DNA of 64,000 nt from an uncultured Methanosarcinaceae archaeon (lineage in GTDB: Archaea > Halobacteriota > Methanosarcinia > Methanosarcinales > Methanosarcinaceae), in contig CAVTET010000015.1 of assembly GCA_963733675.1 (NCBI GenBank), positions 10,888-74,887 on the forward strand. The letters are read 5' to 3'. The position numbers and the translations under genes were made by a program. The notes under the pieces are model-generated. The model was not told the DNA's origin, did not search any database, and saw only the letters and a program-made list of their open reading frames with translations. This document shows positions 32,764 through 43,953 of the stretch, in pieces. How positions within the stretch are numbered: the first letter of the stretch is position 1; every line of letters starts with the position of its first letter.

Positions 32764-34047
32764 TCAAATATTCTCAAGATCTCCACAAGCTAAGGCATCG
32801 AGTGCCATTTCAATAACGCCAACGATAAAGTTCAAATCGTCTTGTGAAACGCAATATGGTGGCAACATATAGATCGTTTGCCCTATAGGTCGTAACAACA
32901 CACCTTGCGCCAGGAAATAGCGATAAAGCTTCGGTGCAACGTCAGACAAATATCCTTGTCGAACATCGCATACTTCCAACGCCATAATTGTGCCGATATG
33001 CCGCAAATTTTCGATATCCTTGCGCGCCGCCAACCGCGGCAGCAAAGCGGCTTGATGGTCATGCAACGTCTTTATGCGCTCTGCCACATTATCCTCTTCC
33101 CATAGATCAATCGAGGCGCAAGCTGCGGCGCAGGCCAACGGATTTCCTGTAAAAGAAGTTGAATGGAAGAAAGCTTTGGCGCGGTTCGTGCTGTAAAATG
33201 CCTGATAAATATCTTCAGTTGCTAACGTTGCAGCCATAGGCAAACAACCGTTGGTAAGGCCTTTAGATAAACATACAATGTCCGGTTCTATATGCGCCTG
33301 TTCGCAGGCAAAGCGTGTCCCTGTGCGTCCCCATCCAGTCATGACTTCATCGGCAATAAAAATCACACCGTAGCTCCGACATAAAGCGTACAGCGAGCGC
33401 AACGTCGCAGCGCTGTAAATCCGCATTCCGGCAGCACCTAGAACAAGTGGTTCGACAATCAATGCGGCGATATCGTTCGCTTGCTTTATGAGCAGCTTCT
33501 CGAAGGCCTCTACAGTCAAATGTTCGCGACCAGTTTCAGGAAAAGGCAGGCGATGTACATTGAACAGAAACTTTTCATAGGGTGCGCTGAAAATGCCGCG
33601 CGAGCCCACTGACATCGCACCGAAAGTATCTCCGTGATACGCATGCTCAAGCGTCACAATGCCCCCTCGCGTTTTGTCTTTGTGCGCCCAGTATCCCAAC
33701 GCCATTTTCAAGGCAACTTCAACTGCCGTCGAACCGCTGTCGGAATAGAAAACACGCGTCAAATTGGGCGGTGTGAGCCCCACTAATTTCTCCGCCAATC
33801 TTTCAGCGGGTTCATGCGTGAATCCAGCAAAGATAATTTGGTCTAGTTTTGCGGCCTGTTCCTGCACAGCTGCGACTATCTTTGGACTATTATGCCCGTG
33901 AATATTTACCCACCACGAAGAAATAGCGTCGACAATCCGCCGTCCATCCTTGGCATAAAGATAAGCACCTTCGGCGCGGTCGATAAAAACAGAATCCGGT
34001 AATAATGCATGTTGAGTAAAGGGATGCCAAATTGGAGAATGAGTCAT
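32764..34047 (-). CDS. bioA: Adenosylmethionine-8-amino-7-oxononanoate aminotransferase
   Basis: IWHPFTQH, DAISSWWVNIHGH, SDSGSTAVEVALKMA, YHGDTFG, ADEVMTGWGRTG, CLSKGLT; ATG at 34047 overlaps the bioD stop (ATGA). Confidence 0.96.
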   Translation of the reverse strand: MTHSPIWHPFTQHALLPDSVFIDRAEGAYLYAKDGRRIVDAISSWWVNIHGHNSPKIVAAVQEQAAKLDQIIFAGFTHEPAERLAEKLVGLTPPNLTRVFYSDSGSTAVEVALKMALGYWAHKDKTRGGIVTLEHAYHGDTFGAMSVGSRGIFSAPYEKFLFNVHRLPFPETGREHLTVEAFEKLLIKQANDIAALIVEPLVLGAAGMRIYSAATLRSLYALCRSYGVIFIADEVMTGWGRTGTRFACEQAHIEPDIVCLSKGLTNGCLPMAATLATEDIYQAFYSTNRAKAFFHSTSFTGNPLACAAACASIDLWEEDNVAERIKTLHDHQAALLPRLAARKDIENLRHIGTIMALEVCDVRQGYLSDVAPKLYRYFLAQGVLLRPIGQTIYMLPPYCVSQDDLNFIVGVIEMALDALACGDLENI

Positions 34048-34664
34048 GCAAAATCCTCTTTCCGAAATCTCTGCGCAAAAACGGCCAACAATGTGGCACG
34101 GTCGATGACATCCAGATGCGGGACGTGACCGAGAACGAGCGCGCCGGAAAAATCGGCAATCGTACACATAGTATCGGGATTATCCTCACCGATAAAAATC
34201 AGCCCGTGCAAAGTCATGTCTCGTTGGCGCAAGGCCTCAACGGATAATAACGTATGATTGATCGTTCCAAGCCCCGTATGCGCACATAAAACAACCGGCG
34301 CAGCCCACGCCTTGAAAACATCTATCTGTAATTTCCGGCGGGTTACCGGAACCATAAGCCCGCCAACGCCTTCGACAATCAAAGTCCCGTTCACCTTGGG
34401 CAAAGAAAACGAGCCTATTTCAATGCCATCCAGTTCGGCTGCACGATGCGGTGAGAGCGGACGCGATAGAATATAGCGTTCCGGCAGAAATCGGTCATTG
34501 GACAATCCGGTCAACGCCTGTAAACGCTGTGTATCCGTGCCGTCTTCGATGCCGGACTGGAGAGGCTTCCAGTATTGTGCATCCAGTGTGACAGTCAGCA
34601 TAGCAGCAACGGTAGTTTTGCCAATACCAGTATCTGTGCCGCTGATGATAAAGGACTTCGTCAT
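34044..34664 (-). CDS. bioD: Dethiobiotin synthetase
   Basis: GTDTGIGKT P-loop, YWKPLQSG, SPHRAA, VEGVGGLMVP, GLGTINHTLLS. Confidence 0.95.
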   Translation of the reverse strand: MTKSFIISGTDTGIGKTTVAAMLTVTLDAQYWKPLQSGIEDGTDTQRLQALTGLSNDRFLPERYILSRPLSPHRAAELDGIEIGSFSLPKVNGTLIVEGVGGLMVPVTRRKLQIDVFKAWAAPVVLCAHTGLGTINHTLLSVEALRQRDMTLHGLIFIGEDNPDTMCTIADFSGALVLGHVPHLDVIDRATLLAVFAQRFRKEDFA

Positions 34665-35788
34665 AGGCCAACACCGGACGGCAAAAGACGTTCAAAAGCC
34701 TGTGCAAAATTTTCTATATCCTGCACCGTCAGCCCCACATTCAATGACAAGCGCAAACGCGCTGTGCCTTCGGGAACTGTAGGGGGGCGTATTGCGCGAA
34801 TGTCGAATCCTTGCGCCTGTAGGTTCTTTGCCAGAGCGAGCGCTGCGGCATCTTCACCAATGATAATCGGTACAATCTGGCTTTTAACGGCAAGAGTGGG
34901 AATCCGTCGAGCCACAAGCGCTTTTAGCGCAGCAAGTCGTTCGCGCCTTTCCGGTTCATCACGCACTAATTCCAACGCGCGTTTAACCAAAACCGCCTGC
35001 AAAGGCATTGGCGCAGTACTATAGATAAAAGGTCGTGCGGAGTTGATGAGATAGTCGATGATATTCTCATTCGCGCAAACAAGTGCGCCTGCGACCCCTA
35101 GCGCCTTACCGCAAGTATGCAGCGAAATCAGCCGGTCGTGCGCTAATCCTTCGGTTTCGCCGCGTCCTGTCGCGCCGGAAACACCCGTGCCATGCGCTTC
35201 GTCAACGACCAGAATCGCATCGTATTTTTCTGCAAGCATGAGAAGGTCGCGTACCGGCGCGAGGTCTCCGTCCATGCTGTAAATGGATTCAACCAAAATC
35301 CATTTATTACATTCTGCGCCGACTGGCTTCTCAAGCGCATCTTCAAAAGCTTCCAGATTGTTATGAGGAATCTTGACCTTCCTGCATTGAGCCGCATGCA
35401 GCCCATCGCGCATACTAGCATGACACAAGGCATCGAAAATCGCGACATCGTTACGCTTGACCATCGTTGTAATCAGGGCGTAATTCGCCTGAAACCCGTT
35501 GGCAAAAAACAAAGTTCGAGGGCATCCATAATAGGCGGAGGCAAAATATTCCAGTTCTTCATGTGCCTGTCTGTGCCCGCGTAAAAGCCGCGAGGCTGTC
35601 GCGCCGATTTCTATACCACCCTGCAACGCTTCAATTGCCGCCTGTCGTAAAGCGGGATGTGTAGAAAGGCCGAGATAATCATTCGACGAAAAATCAATTC
35701 CTGCAGGGAGGTGGAGCGAACGATAACGCCCCATGGCCTTCAGACGATCGAGATCAGGCGCGAAGTTTTTCACAATGAAGCCCCTCAT
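34661..35788 (-). CDS. bioF: 8-amino-7-oxononanoate synthase
   Basis: DFSSNDYLGL, ASRLLRGH, HASMRDG, ESIYSMDGD, DEAHG, TCGKALG, IRPPTVPEGTARLR; start may be GTG 35773. Confidence 0.95.
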   Translation of the reverse strand: MRGFIVKNFAPDLDRLKAMGRYRSLHLPAGIDFSSNDYLGLSTHPALRQAAIEALQGGIEIGATASRLLRGHRQAHEELEYFASAYYGCPRTLFFANGFQANYALITTMVKRNDVAIFDALCHASMRDGLHAAQCRKVKIPHNNLEAFEDALEKPVGAECNKWILVESIYSMDGDLAPVRDLLMLAEKYDAILVVDEAHGTGVSGATGRGETEGLAHDRLISLHTCGKALGVAGALVCANENIIDYLINSARPFIYSTAPMPLQAVLVKRALELVRDEPERRERLAALKALVARRIPTLAVKSQIVPIIIGEDAAALALAKNLQAQGFDIRAIRPPTVPEGTARLRLSLNVGLTVQDIENFAQAFERLLPSGVGL

Positions 35789-35992
35789 AACATTTTTTAT
35801 TCGGCGCGCGAGCCTTCAATCCCAGTGCCGTTATTAATCGATGATCCTCACTGATACCGAGGTTAAGCATGGTTAGTAGTTTGTCGCCGGTGAAAATCGA
35901 TGTGGATTCTGCCAGAAACGCCAGAGCCTGCGCCTTGCGGCCGATTTTAATGCTGCCCGCTGAAGAATGCATCATTTCCTTCGGCACCAGAT
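35754..35992 (-). pseudogene. bioB: Biotin synthase 3' fragment, decayed
   Basis: LVPKEMMHSSAGS...QALAFLAESTSIFTGDKLLTMLN...LGLKA corresponds to BioB MPxxxVRLSAGR...QAxCFxAGANSIFxGxKLLTTPN; the radical-SAM N-terminal part is absent. Confidence 0.85.
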
Positions 35993-35999
35993 TTTTTGT

Positions 36000-36330
36000 T
36001 TGGTTAAATACTTGTTTTTCCATTTGTCTATACTCCAAACTGTTTTATAATAACAGATTCTCCGCCTTATCTCCTTTAGTTTCGACAACCATTCCCTTTG
36101 AAACCCAGCCGAATGCATTGTTTGGATCAAGCATCAAGCCTTTATCTAAATAACCTTGTACGTCGTCATTTTTACTTTCTATTATACCTAACACTATGCC
36201 TTTCCAGACGTTGTACGTTGAACTATTAGGGTTTAATAAAAGTGCATGGTCAATTGCTGCGTCAGCTTCATTCGTTTTAAATTCTTGAGATAAAGCCATC
36301 CCTATTTGTGTTCAGAACCACGATCAGATC
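36000..36330 (-). pseudogene. TPR-repeat protein remnant
   Basis: AIDHALLLNPNSSTYNVWKGIVL and YLDKGLMLDPNNAFGWVSKGMV are TPR-like repeats. Confidence 0.6.
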
Positions 36331-36539
36331 TTGAATATATTTCCATTTTGGAACCAATGCACTAGTAGCGCAGTTGCAGACATAGGATAAAAAGACAGAA
36401 AATTAAATAAACTCCAGCAGCTTACATTTCGCCTATTCAGCTTTATTGCAGATATCATATGTGATTCAACATCATTAAAATTTGCCTTTATTTGAGCCTT
36501 TAAAATCGTTGTATATATGAATCTATTATATATTATCGA

Positions 36540-36950
36540 ATCTCTCACATATTCGATATCATATGTAAGAGATATATACCTTGAATTTCCGAGCCTTTTA
36601 CTTTCTTTTCATGGATCAGTTGCTTGTCATTAAAATCAGTCAGCCTTCAGGATATATTTCTCTCACTGGTTAGAGACTCACCTAAGATTTTATAGATCAT
36701 TTTGTAGACCTCATAGATTATTCCGGTAGTTGGTAGAGACTTCAATTTTTCAGATTTTATCATTTGGTGACAGAGGTATATTGCAATTATTGGAATCTTA
36801 TCACGCTTTGAGAACTTAACAATCATTTCCAGAGTCGCAGTATTTGTTATTTCCATATCTACAAGATCAATATGAGTTTTTGTAATCCTTAGCTAGAGTA
36901 TAAATACGCGATACCGTTCTCAAGCTCTTGCTATCAATGTGCTTACAGAC
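36540..36950 (-). pseudogene. Cdc6/Orc1-like C-terminal winged-helix remnant
   Basis: RITKTHIDLVDMEI...PTTGIIYEVYKMIYKILGESLTSERNIS*RL...GNSRYISL resembles the Cdc6 C-terminus (TTGEVYEVY..LG..PLTQRRIS...GRTRYISL). Confidence 0.55.
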
Positions 36951-38510
36951 ATGTTGGACAGATTTAGGAAATAGCCGGAGGAGTAACCTATAACACAAGC
37001 TTAGGCTATAATAAATCACAGTTCATTTTTCCTTCAAGTGCAGATTCTGCATAAGGGCAGAAAAAAGAGTCTCTAATGTATTTAAAATAAGTTTTTAATT
37101 GCACACAACTGCCTAAAAAAATTTTGTAGAACATGACTACATTATTATGATTCTTCTTGAAAATCTATTTTCATCAGAAATCACTTTTGAGGCGTTTTTG
37201 AAAGTTCATTATTAGGACCCAATTTTAGGGTATTTTAAGAAGCATATAATCAAATTGATGACCATATCAGAGCGTATTAAATGACCAATCTCATTGTATA
37301 CAAACTGATCATTAACTAGCATTGGTATTAAGTCAAAAAAATACAAAAAGTGTTCTTTTTATGTTAGATGATAGTTCATCAATAGTGAATTGACGTTTAG
37401 GTCCCATCTGCTGAGATCTACACTGGCTGCGTTGAACAATCATAGTGAAAGGATCCATTGTAAACAGATCGTTTCCCATCAGAAAAAAGTACAAGCTGAT
37501 CAAGCGTTTCCGCTCCCAGGTACCTATCTGACTATGAACTGTTGCATCCCCTATTTTCTTATGATTGCCTTTGTTTCTCCCAACTCTTCCCCAGGTATAT
37601 CCAGGCTAGTTACAAGAGCTTTAACACCTTCATTTTCAGCTTTTGCTATTGTACTATGATATCATCTGAAGCCGGAGTGATAGCTCCTGGAATTTTAAAC
37701 AGAAGTACTTTATTTTCAATTCCCGCCAAACTAAAGATACAGATGCTGTAGAATGAGTATTGAGCAAGCTGAATCTCTTTCAAATGGTTGGACAAGTTAA
37801 AGGGTGGTGAAACTTTAATCAACCATGACTTATATTAGGAAAAATGAAGATTCTTTTGAGTTTTCGCTAACTAAACTTGCTAACTAGGGCACAAAAATCT
37901 AGAAATAAGATGGAAAATTCAGTCGTTTTCCAGTTTTTAGGCCATGCTCTGACCTACTGATAAAACACTCTAATGTAAAGAATATTAAATGTTTGAGGCA
38001 CCCAATTTTAGAGTCTTATTTCTCTAAAGTGTTGAACGAATATTATTAGGAAATTAGATTCTTCGGTTTTAATGCTTTTATACATGGATTGTTTCTCGAA
38101 TTGATTTTATATTTAATACGTATATAATCGAAAGAAACCATTTTATTCCTATAGTTACAAGAACAGATGAGAAAAACATACTCCATAAAAACTAATTCTT
38201 TCAACCTAATATTTTTATCCATGGTCAATATTATAAATCAAAATCACTAGCCTTTGGACTAAGTTATTTGTTTTTTCTGTATTGGTCTCTGAGACAAACA
38301 ATAAAACAAATATTATAAAATTCAATGCTATGAGTGTGCTTTTCGAATTTTGCCCTATAATTTAAGGGTTTTACCGACTTTTGCAATGTTATATTGTGTG
38401 CAACAAAGTATAAATTTAATCTATACTTCTGAAGTTGGATGTTCATTGGAGCATCTAAGAAAGGATCAAGGGCTATAGGCCGAATCACAAAAAAGGATAG
38501 CTACATAAAA

Positions 38511-39293
38511 TTAATCGGTTAAGCCACAATTGAGATACATAAATAAGGGGCATTGAGAAGGGGTTGAAGATGCGATAGATTGATATAACTGTATCATTTC
38601 GCTCAGTTCGCCAATCCCAATTTGTTCTCCATTACTCAACAAAAGCACTTTATCGCAAAAACGCTGTATTGTACTCAAATAATGGCTGACATAAACGACT
38701 GTTTTGTCCATTTCCCTGTATCCTTCGTAAATTTCAAAGAATTTTCTCTGAAAATCAAGGCCGCCTATGGCAAGGACTTCGTCCAGTCGAAGAATTTTCG
38801 GTTCTATTGAACTGCTGTTGAAAATGCCAGCCTTACTATCATTCCACTGGAAAAATTTTTGGTATTTGTATCCTTGAAAAGGGTTAATCCCCCAAACTCA
38901 AGAATATTGTCTATTCGGCTATCTACCTCGCTGTCAGAAAATCCCACAATAGCTCCATAAATTTTTATATTCTCTTTTGCGGTCAAATAGGGTTGAAAAC
39001 CTATCCCTAGCTCCAAAAATGAAGTTATTTTTCCGTTTAACGTTATTTTGTCTTTTGTTGGACGGATAGTATTTGCAATGACTTTTAGAAGAGTACTTTT
39101 TCCACTTCCATTATGACCTATAACTCCGATTCACTCTCCTTTCTTGACTGTGAAGTTTGTGTCTTGTAATGCGGTAGATGATGTGTATCCTATTTTACTA
39201 TCCAGCAGTCCATATAAAGCCTCAAATAACGTATTTTTTTTCGTGAGGGATCTTGTAATTTATCCATATGTTTTTTGCTTCAATTATATCCAT
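38511..39293 (-). pseudogene. Polysaccharide ABC exporter ATPase (Wzt/TagH-like) pseudogene
   Basis: IGVIGHNGSGKSTLLK, LELGIGFQPYLTAKENI, FSSGMIVRLAFS, LDEVLA, VSH; stops and frameshifts. Confidence 0.85.
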
Positions 39294-39298
39294 AATAA

Positions 39299-40065
39299 TT
39301 AAACCTCTTCTGCAAATCCAGGTTCAAGATTAATAAAAATCAAATATCCAATAACTAACATCATAAGAGACGAAGCTAAACAGTAGATAAGGTATGAGGA
39401 AGAAACGGTTGTATTGTACAACAACGACTCTCTGGAGATCAAAATTATTCTTGCCATTGGACTCAAAAGTAATAAATTTTTAAGTTCACCTTGATAAGTC
39501 GATAAATTAATTCAAATTCCACTCGCAAAAAAGCCAGCCTGAAGAATAACTGCCCAGCTATACTGGATATTTCTATAGTATGTATTGAGTGCTCCTAAAG
39601 CAAGGGAAGTACCAAATACGAGTACAAATATGTTCACGAAAATGAAGGGAAAATAAATAATGATCGATGTTGGTGTCAATCCCGAAGACGCCATGAAAGC
39701 ACCAAACACCCCAAGTTCAAGCACAGCCATATTAAAGCAGTTATAGACTAACTGAAAATCAATATTTCTCTTGGGATATATACCTGTCTGACCAGTCCTG
39801 ATTTGCTGATTATGCTTGACGGGCCCATTGAAGTGCTTTTTGTGAAAAAATCCCACAAGACAATGCCAAGAAGAAGGAACAAATGGTAATTTTTCTGAGT
39901 ACTTGGATACACATCTACAAATATAATATATAGTACCATTAACATTAGTAATGGCTCCAGCAAGGACCAGAAAAATCCAAGGACTGAGTTTTTATATCAT
40001 ACATTGAACTCGCTTACTGCTAGTCTTTTTACAAGACAACGATATTTACACAAATTTTTGATCAT
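39299..40065 (-). pseudogene. Polysaccharide ABC exporter permease (Wzm/TagG-like) pseudogene
   Basis: YKNSVLGFFWSLLEPLL, LVRQVYIPRE, GFAEEV C-terminus; internal stops and frameshifts. Confidence 0.85.
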
Positions 40066-40069
40066 ACAC

Positions 40070-40520
40070 TGATTACATCTTTCGTTTTCCTAATAAATTC
40101 TGATGGATCAAAACGTTTTGCTCTTCGCATACCTGAATTCTTGTATTTCTCAGGATCTTTCGAGACAACTTATTGGTCTGACGATACTTTCTATGTTTGC
40201 TTCAACTAGCAACCCTGTTTCTTCATCAATCATACTTTCAAGGTAGCCACCTTCTCTAACTGCTACCATGGGTTTTCCTGTATCCATAGGTTCAATAGGT
40301 GTCATTCCAAAATTCTCATTCTTTTAGTGTTAATGTGACCTATACAGGTGGCATAAACTCAAGTAATTTTCCTAGCAAACATTGCCCATGAGCGTTACGT
40401 TTTCCAGGAGCTCCGTAATTAACTTAGATGCATAGCGTGATGCATGATCTCCTGCTTCATAGCCACCGACAATAAGCAATTTTTGATCTGGCTTTTTCTG
40501 AAAACTTCGATCTGTAGCAT
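40070..40520 (-). pseudogene. GT4 glycosyltransferase C-terminal remnant
   Basis: ENFGMTPIEPM..GKPMVAVREGGYLE motif; upstream part degraded. Confidence 0.7.
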
Positions 40521-40793
40521 GTAACTGTTGTGCATTTCATGAGGTTTTCTTTGTCATTGATGAGTTACCAAGTTCTTTGTTTCATCTTCCTTCTAATTTT
40601 AATATTTTTTTACTTAGTTATACTGGATACATTATTATCTATTGTTCTATTTAAGTATCTTTAATTAATTATCTTATTATATTATATTATAGGCATGTTT
40701 TATATAATTTAACATAACAAAAATAATTCAATATAATTTTCCATTGTTATAATTATATTAACTTATATCATTAATGTATCTCGTGGGATATTA

Positions 40794-42089
40794 ATGAAAA
40801 AAATAGCATATAATAATTCACTTACAGGGCACAAAACCCTAAAAATTTTAAGGATAGCCACTCTAGTACTTTTAATACTAATGAGTATCGCAGGTGCAAC
40901 ACCATCTACAAATATTATATTTGTTACTAATGGTTCATCATTTTCACCGGTTATTACAGTTACGGGTAATCCCACCATTCAATGGATATTTGGTGATGGT
41001 TCAACATCTAATTCTACGTCTCCTGTTGTAAATTTTAGTTCAGCGAGGACAAGAGTAAACACTTTAGTAATAACACCATGGAGTGCAGTAACTAAAATCA
41101 ATATAGGTTATGATGGTTCAGATGGCGGTGTAACTCCAAGTTCGAATACAATAGCATATCTCACAAAACAGAATGTAATAGATGTTAGTGGTTTAGAAAA
41201 TGTTGCACCATACCTCCAAGTATGGGCATCTAGTCATAATCCAATAACTTCGCTGGATTTCAGTAATTTCACTGCGCTGGATACAATTGAGTGTTTTTAT
41301 TGTACGTCATTGGCTACTATCGGACTCCATAACGTTCCATCTCTGACTAGGCTTTGCCTTGAACATTGTAACATTTCTTATCTGAATCTATCAGAAGTTC
41401 CTTCTCTGGCTGACCTTCGTGGAGCACGTCAGGGAAGCTCAACATATATAATAAATTGGGGTACTACAGGGACTAATATATGGCATATATGTGTAAGAGA
41501 TAACGCACAGATGACCAACACATTACCATTAAGTCAGTTTCCACTCTTGAGACAGTTTTACAATTGGAACGATAATCAAAAAGGTACTCTACACCCAATT
41601 TCAACAAATTTAAAAAATGTTGAATCATCCAATAATCATTATAGTGCTGCTGTCTTTTCTGGCTGTTTTCCTGCTGGTAGAAATGCTGTTGTGAATATTT
41701 ATGATAACAATCTCACAAGTTTAGATATTTCTAATGATCCTGGGCTGACTAATCTAGATGCTCATAATAACTATTTGAATCAAGAAGCTATTGACAGAAC
41801 ACTTCAAACTTTAGATTCCTATAAAACTAAAAATGGTCATTTAGATTTAACTGGAAATGCTGCATCATCGATTATAGGAATAGAACATGCAAATAATTTA
41901 ACTACTAGGGGATGGAATATTCGAATTTCATCAAAAAATAATCTCCAGTTGCTCCTTGTGCAATGTCAAAATCGTTGGGGAAGTTACCCTTACTATCCAC
42001 TTCACAGACCAGAGCACGGGCACAATTACATATGGAAAATGGATATTTTGGGCTGGTGTGACTTCCACTTTAAAGAATATATCTCATAA
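40794..42089 (+). CDS. Secreted surface protein with PKD-like and leucine-rich-repeat segments; C-terminal PKD domain frameshifted (continues to about 42182)
   Basis: Signal peptide; WIFGDGSTS PKD motif; LRR units (NPITSLDFSNFTALDTIECFY, NNLTSLDISNDPGLTNLDAHNNYL); out-of-frame PKD (PLTIHFTDQSTG..WIF) after about 41945. Confidence 0.75.
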   Translation: MKKIAYNNSLTGHKTLKILRIATLVLLILMSIAGATPSTNIIFVTNGSSFSPVITVTGNPTIQWIFGDGSTSNSTSPVVNFSSARTRVNTLVITPWSAVTKINIGYDGSDGGVTPSSNTIAYLTKQNVIDVSGLENVAPYLQVWASSHNPITSLDFSNFTALDTIECFYCTSLATIGLHNVPSLTRLCLEHCNISYLNLSEVPSLADLRGARQGSSTYIINWGTTGTNIWHICVRDNAQMTNTLPLSQFPLLRQFYNWNDNQKGTLHPISTNLKNVESSNNHYSAAVFSGCFPAGRNAVVNIYDNNLTSLDISNDPGLTNLDAHNNYLNQEAIDRTLQTLDSYKTKNGHLDLTGNAASSIIGIEHANNLTTRGWNIRISSKNNLQLLLVQCQNRWGSYPYYPLHRPEHGHNYIWKMDILGWCDFHFKEYIS

Positions 42090-42546
42090 GTTTACAAAAG
42101 TAGGGAAGTTAAGGTGGTTTTGACAGTTGTTAATGGGGTGGGAAGTAGTTTGAAATATCAATTTGTGACAGTTACAAAATAGAGGGATTAATGCCCCTTT
42201 TATTTTTATGGATAAACTCTGTGAGTTTACAATCTTTTTTTGCACCCAGACTCTGAATCTTCATATTTTTGCTATCGAGTTCTCACACAAAGAATATTGG
42301 CATATTTGTGGAATTCAAAACGGACAAATCAATCCTATTTACTGAGTATTTGTATCATATCGAGATATTTATCCTACAGATTACATATAATATAAATGTT
42401 ATCAACTATCCGAACCCATTAAAAATAAATAAATATTTAGCGATGCACAATATGGCTTTCACAACATAAATGGATAAACTGAAAGATCTTCATATGTATA
42501 TCTGCCTAAGATAAAGTGAGTGCCTATCAAACTTGAAAAATCTGTT

Positions 42547-42628
42547 TTGTAGAAAACCTATATAAATGAGCTTCAACATGGCAATAATAGTGAAGTAATA
42601 TATATTAGGCTATTAAGTCCAAATTAAT
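42547..42628 (+). repeat. Dispersed ~82-bp repeat (probable IS left end), copy 1
   Basis: TTGTAGAAAACCTATATAA..AGCTTCAA...ATTAAGT.CAAATTAAT shared with 50831-50913. Confidence 0.6.
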
Positions 42629-43059
42629 CGAGAATGTTGTTTAAGAGGACTTCGACTGATCCGAAAAAACTTGTCGTAAAGCGGTTCTCTGAAATATAAA
42701 AAGATTATGCGTATCAGAAATATAAATAGATTAAGTGTCTGAGAACTCGTGGATTAAGATAATAACTATTTAATCAAAAGATTTGTGGTTAAGTGACTTC
42801 TCATTAATTTAAATGGAAATTTATTAACATAGATTAAACAGAAATATAATGTGAAAAGCAACTTTTCTAAATTGTTTTTGCAAATATTTTTTCGATGGAA
42901 AATATATCTCCAATGTTTCCTCTATCCAAAAATAATGTAAATGGCCAAGTAAACTCCACTGCACTTCTATTACGTCACGTCCACCATCCGAAGGAGAAGA
43001 GATTAAGTTAAATTAATTTTGCCATATTTTAAGCAAGGAAAGAAAATTTTAAAAAAAAT

Positions 43060-43764
43060 ATTTAGAAGTAGCAAAAGATATCTCGATGTTGGCTGTGCCT
43101 ATGGAGGATTCCTAGAGGTCTTTCCCGAATAGGGTTTAGATGCTTCAGGTATTGAGATAGATGAAACGCTGGCAAAATATGGAGCTTTACTACACCAGGA
43201 TAGGTAAATGGTAGCTTGCTGGAATAACAGGGTTCTTTTTTCATTTAACAAGCTCTATTGGTGCTTTTGTTCTTTTGCCTTTACTTTATGAAGGTCTCAT
43301 GCCGTTGCTAAACGAAAATAAGGATTTAAAGAGTTTTAAAAAATTCAGGGGCAAAATACTGCCTCTATTTTGTCTCTCATTAATTCCTCTTGGCATAATT
43401 TTTTTCATGATCTTTGGTCTATCTAACTGGAGACTTTCTGGCTTTTGAATTGGTCAGGTAATATGGCAAATATATTTTGCAAACCCTCTAGAGATTCTTA
43501 TCAAAGGTTTCCACGAAACTCTTTACTCAGTCTTTGGGCAACTTTTGCTACTATTTTTATTTTCATTTTCATATTGTTTTACAGAAAAATCAGATTTTCT
43601 TACTTTTTGTTTGGTATGTACTCTATTTTTTTCCATTTTCTACTGGACTTATGTCTATACCCAGATATATTCTAGTTATTTTCCCTATTTACATTCTTTT
43701 TTTAGAAATTACCTTCAAGCACATTTCAGAAAATCTTATTACGCTGAGTTTCGCTATTCGTTAA
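43060..43764 (+). pseudogene. Membrane glycosyltransferase (PIG-V/GT-C-like) remnant
   Basis: Hydrophobic fragments LLLIPLGIIFFM and PFSTGLMSIPRYILVIFP, fragmented by stops and frameshifts. Confidence 0.5.
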
Positions 43765-43953
43765 GTTTTTAAGATAGTAGTCTAGACTAGCGATTCTTGA
43801 TTGATATGTAAGTAAGAAGCTTTGAAAAATTTTAACTAGTTTTAGTTAATATGACTTTAATTATTATTTGTAGTTTATAATTTGGAGTCTAAATGTACAT
43901 TAGTTAGGAAATAACGTAATTGACCCTATGTTTCAACAGAAAATTTGTGTTAG

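Noticed and set aside
34047-34167. N-terminal 40-aa extension of BioA in the ORF track; likewise the 213-aa extension of NrdR (62096-62734)
   Set aside because: The extensions overlap upstream genes in another frame; the true starts are the ATGA-coupled ATG at 34047 and the ATG at 62095.
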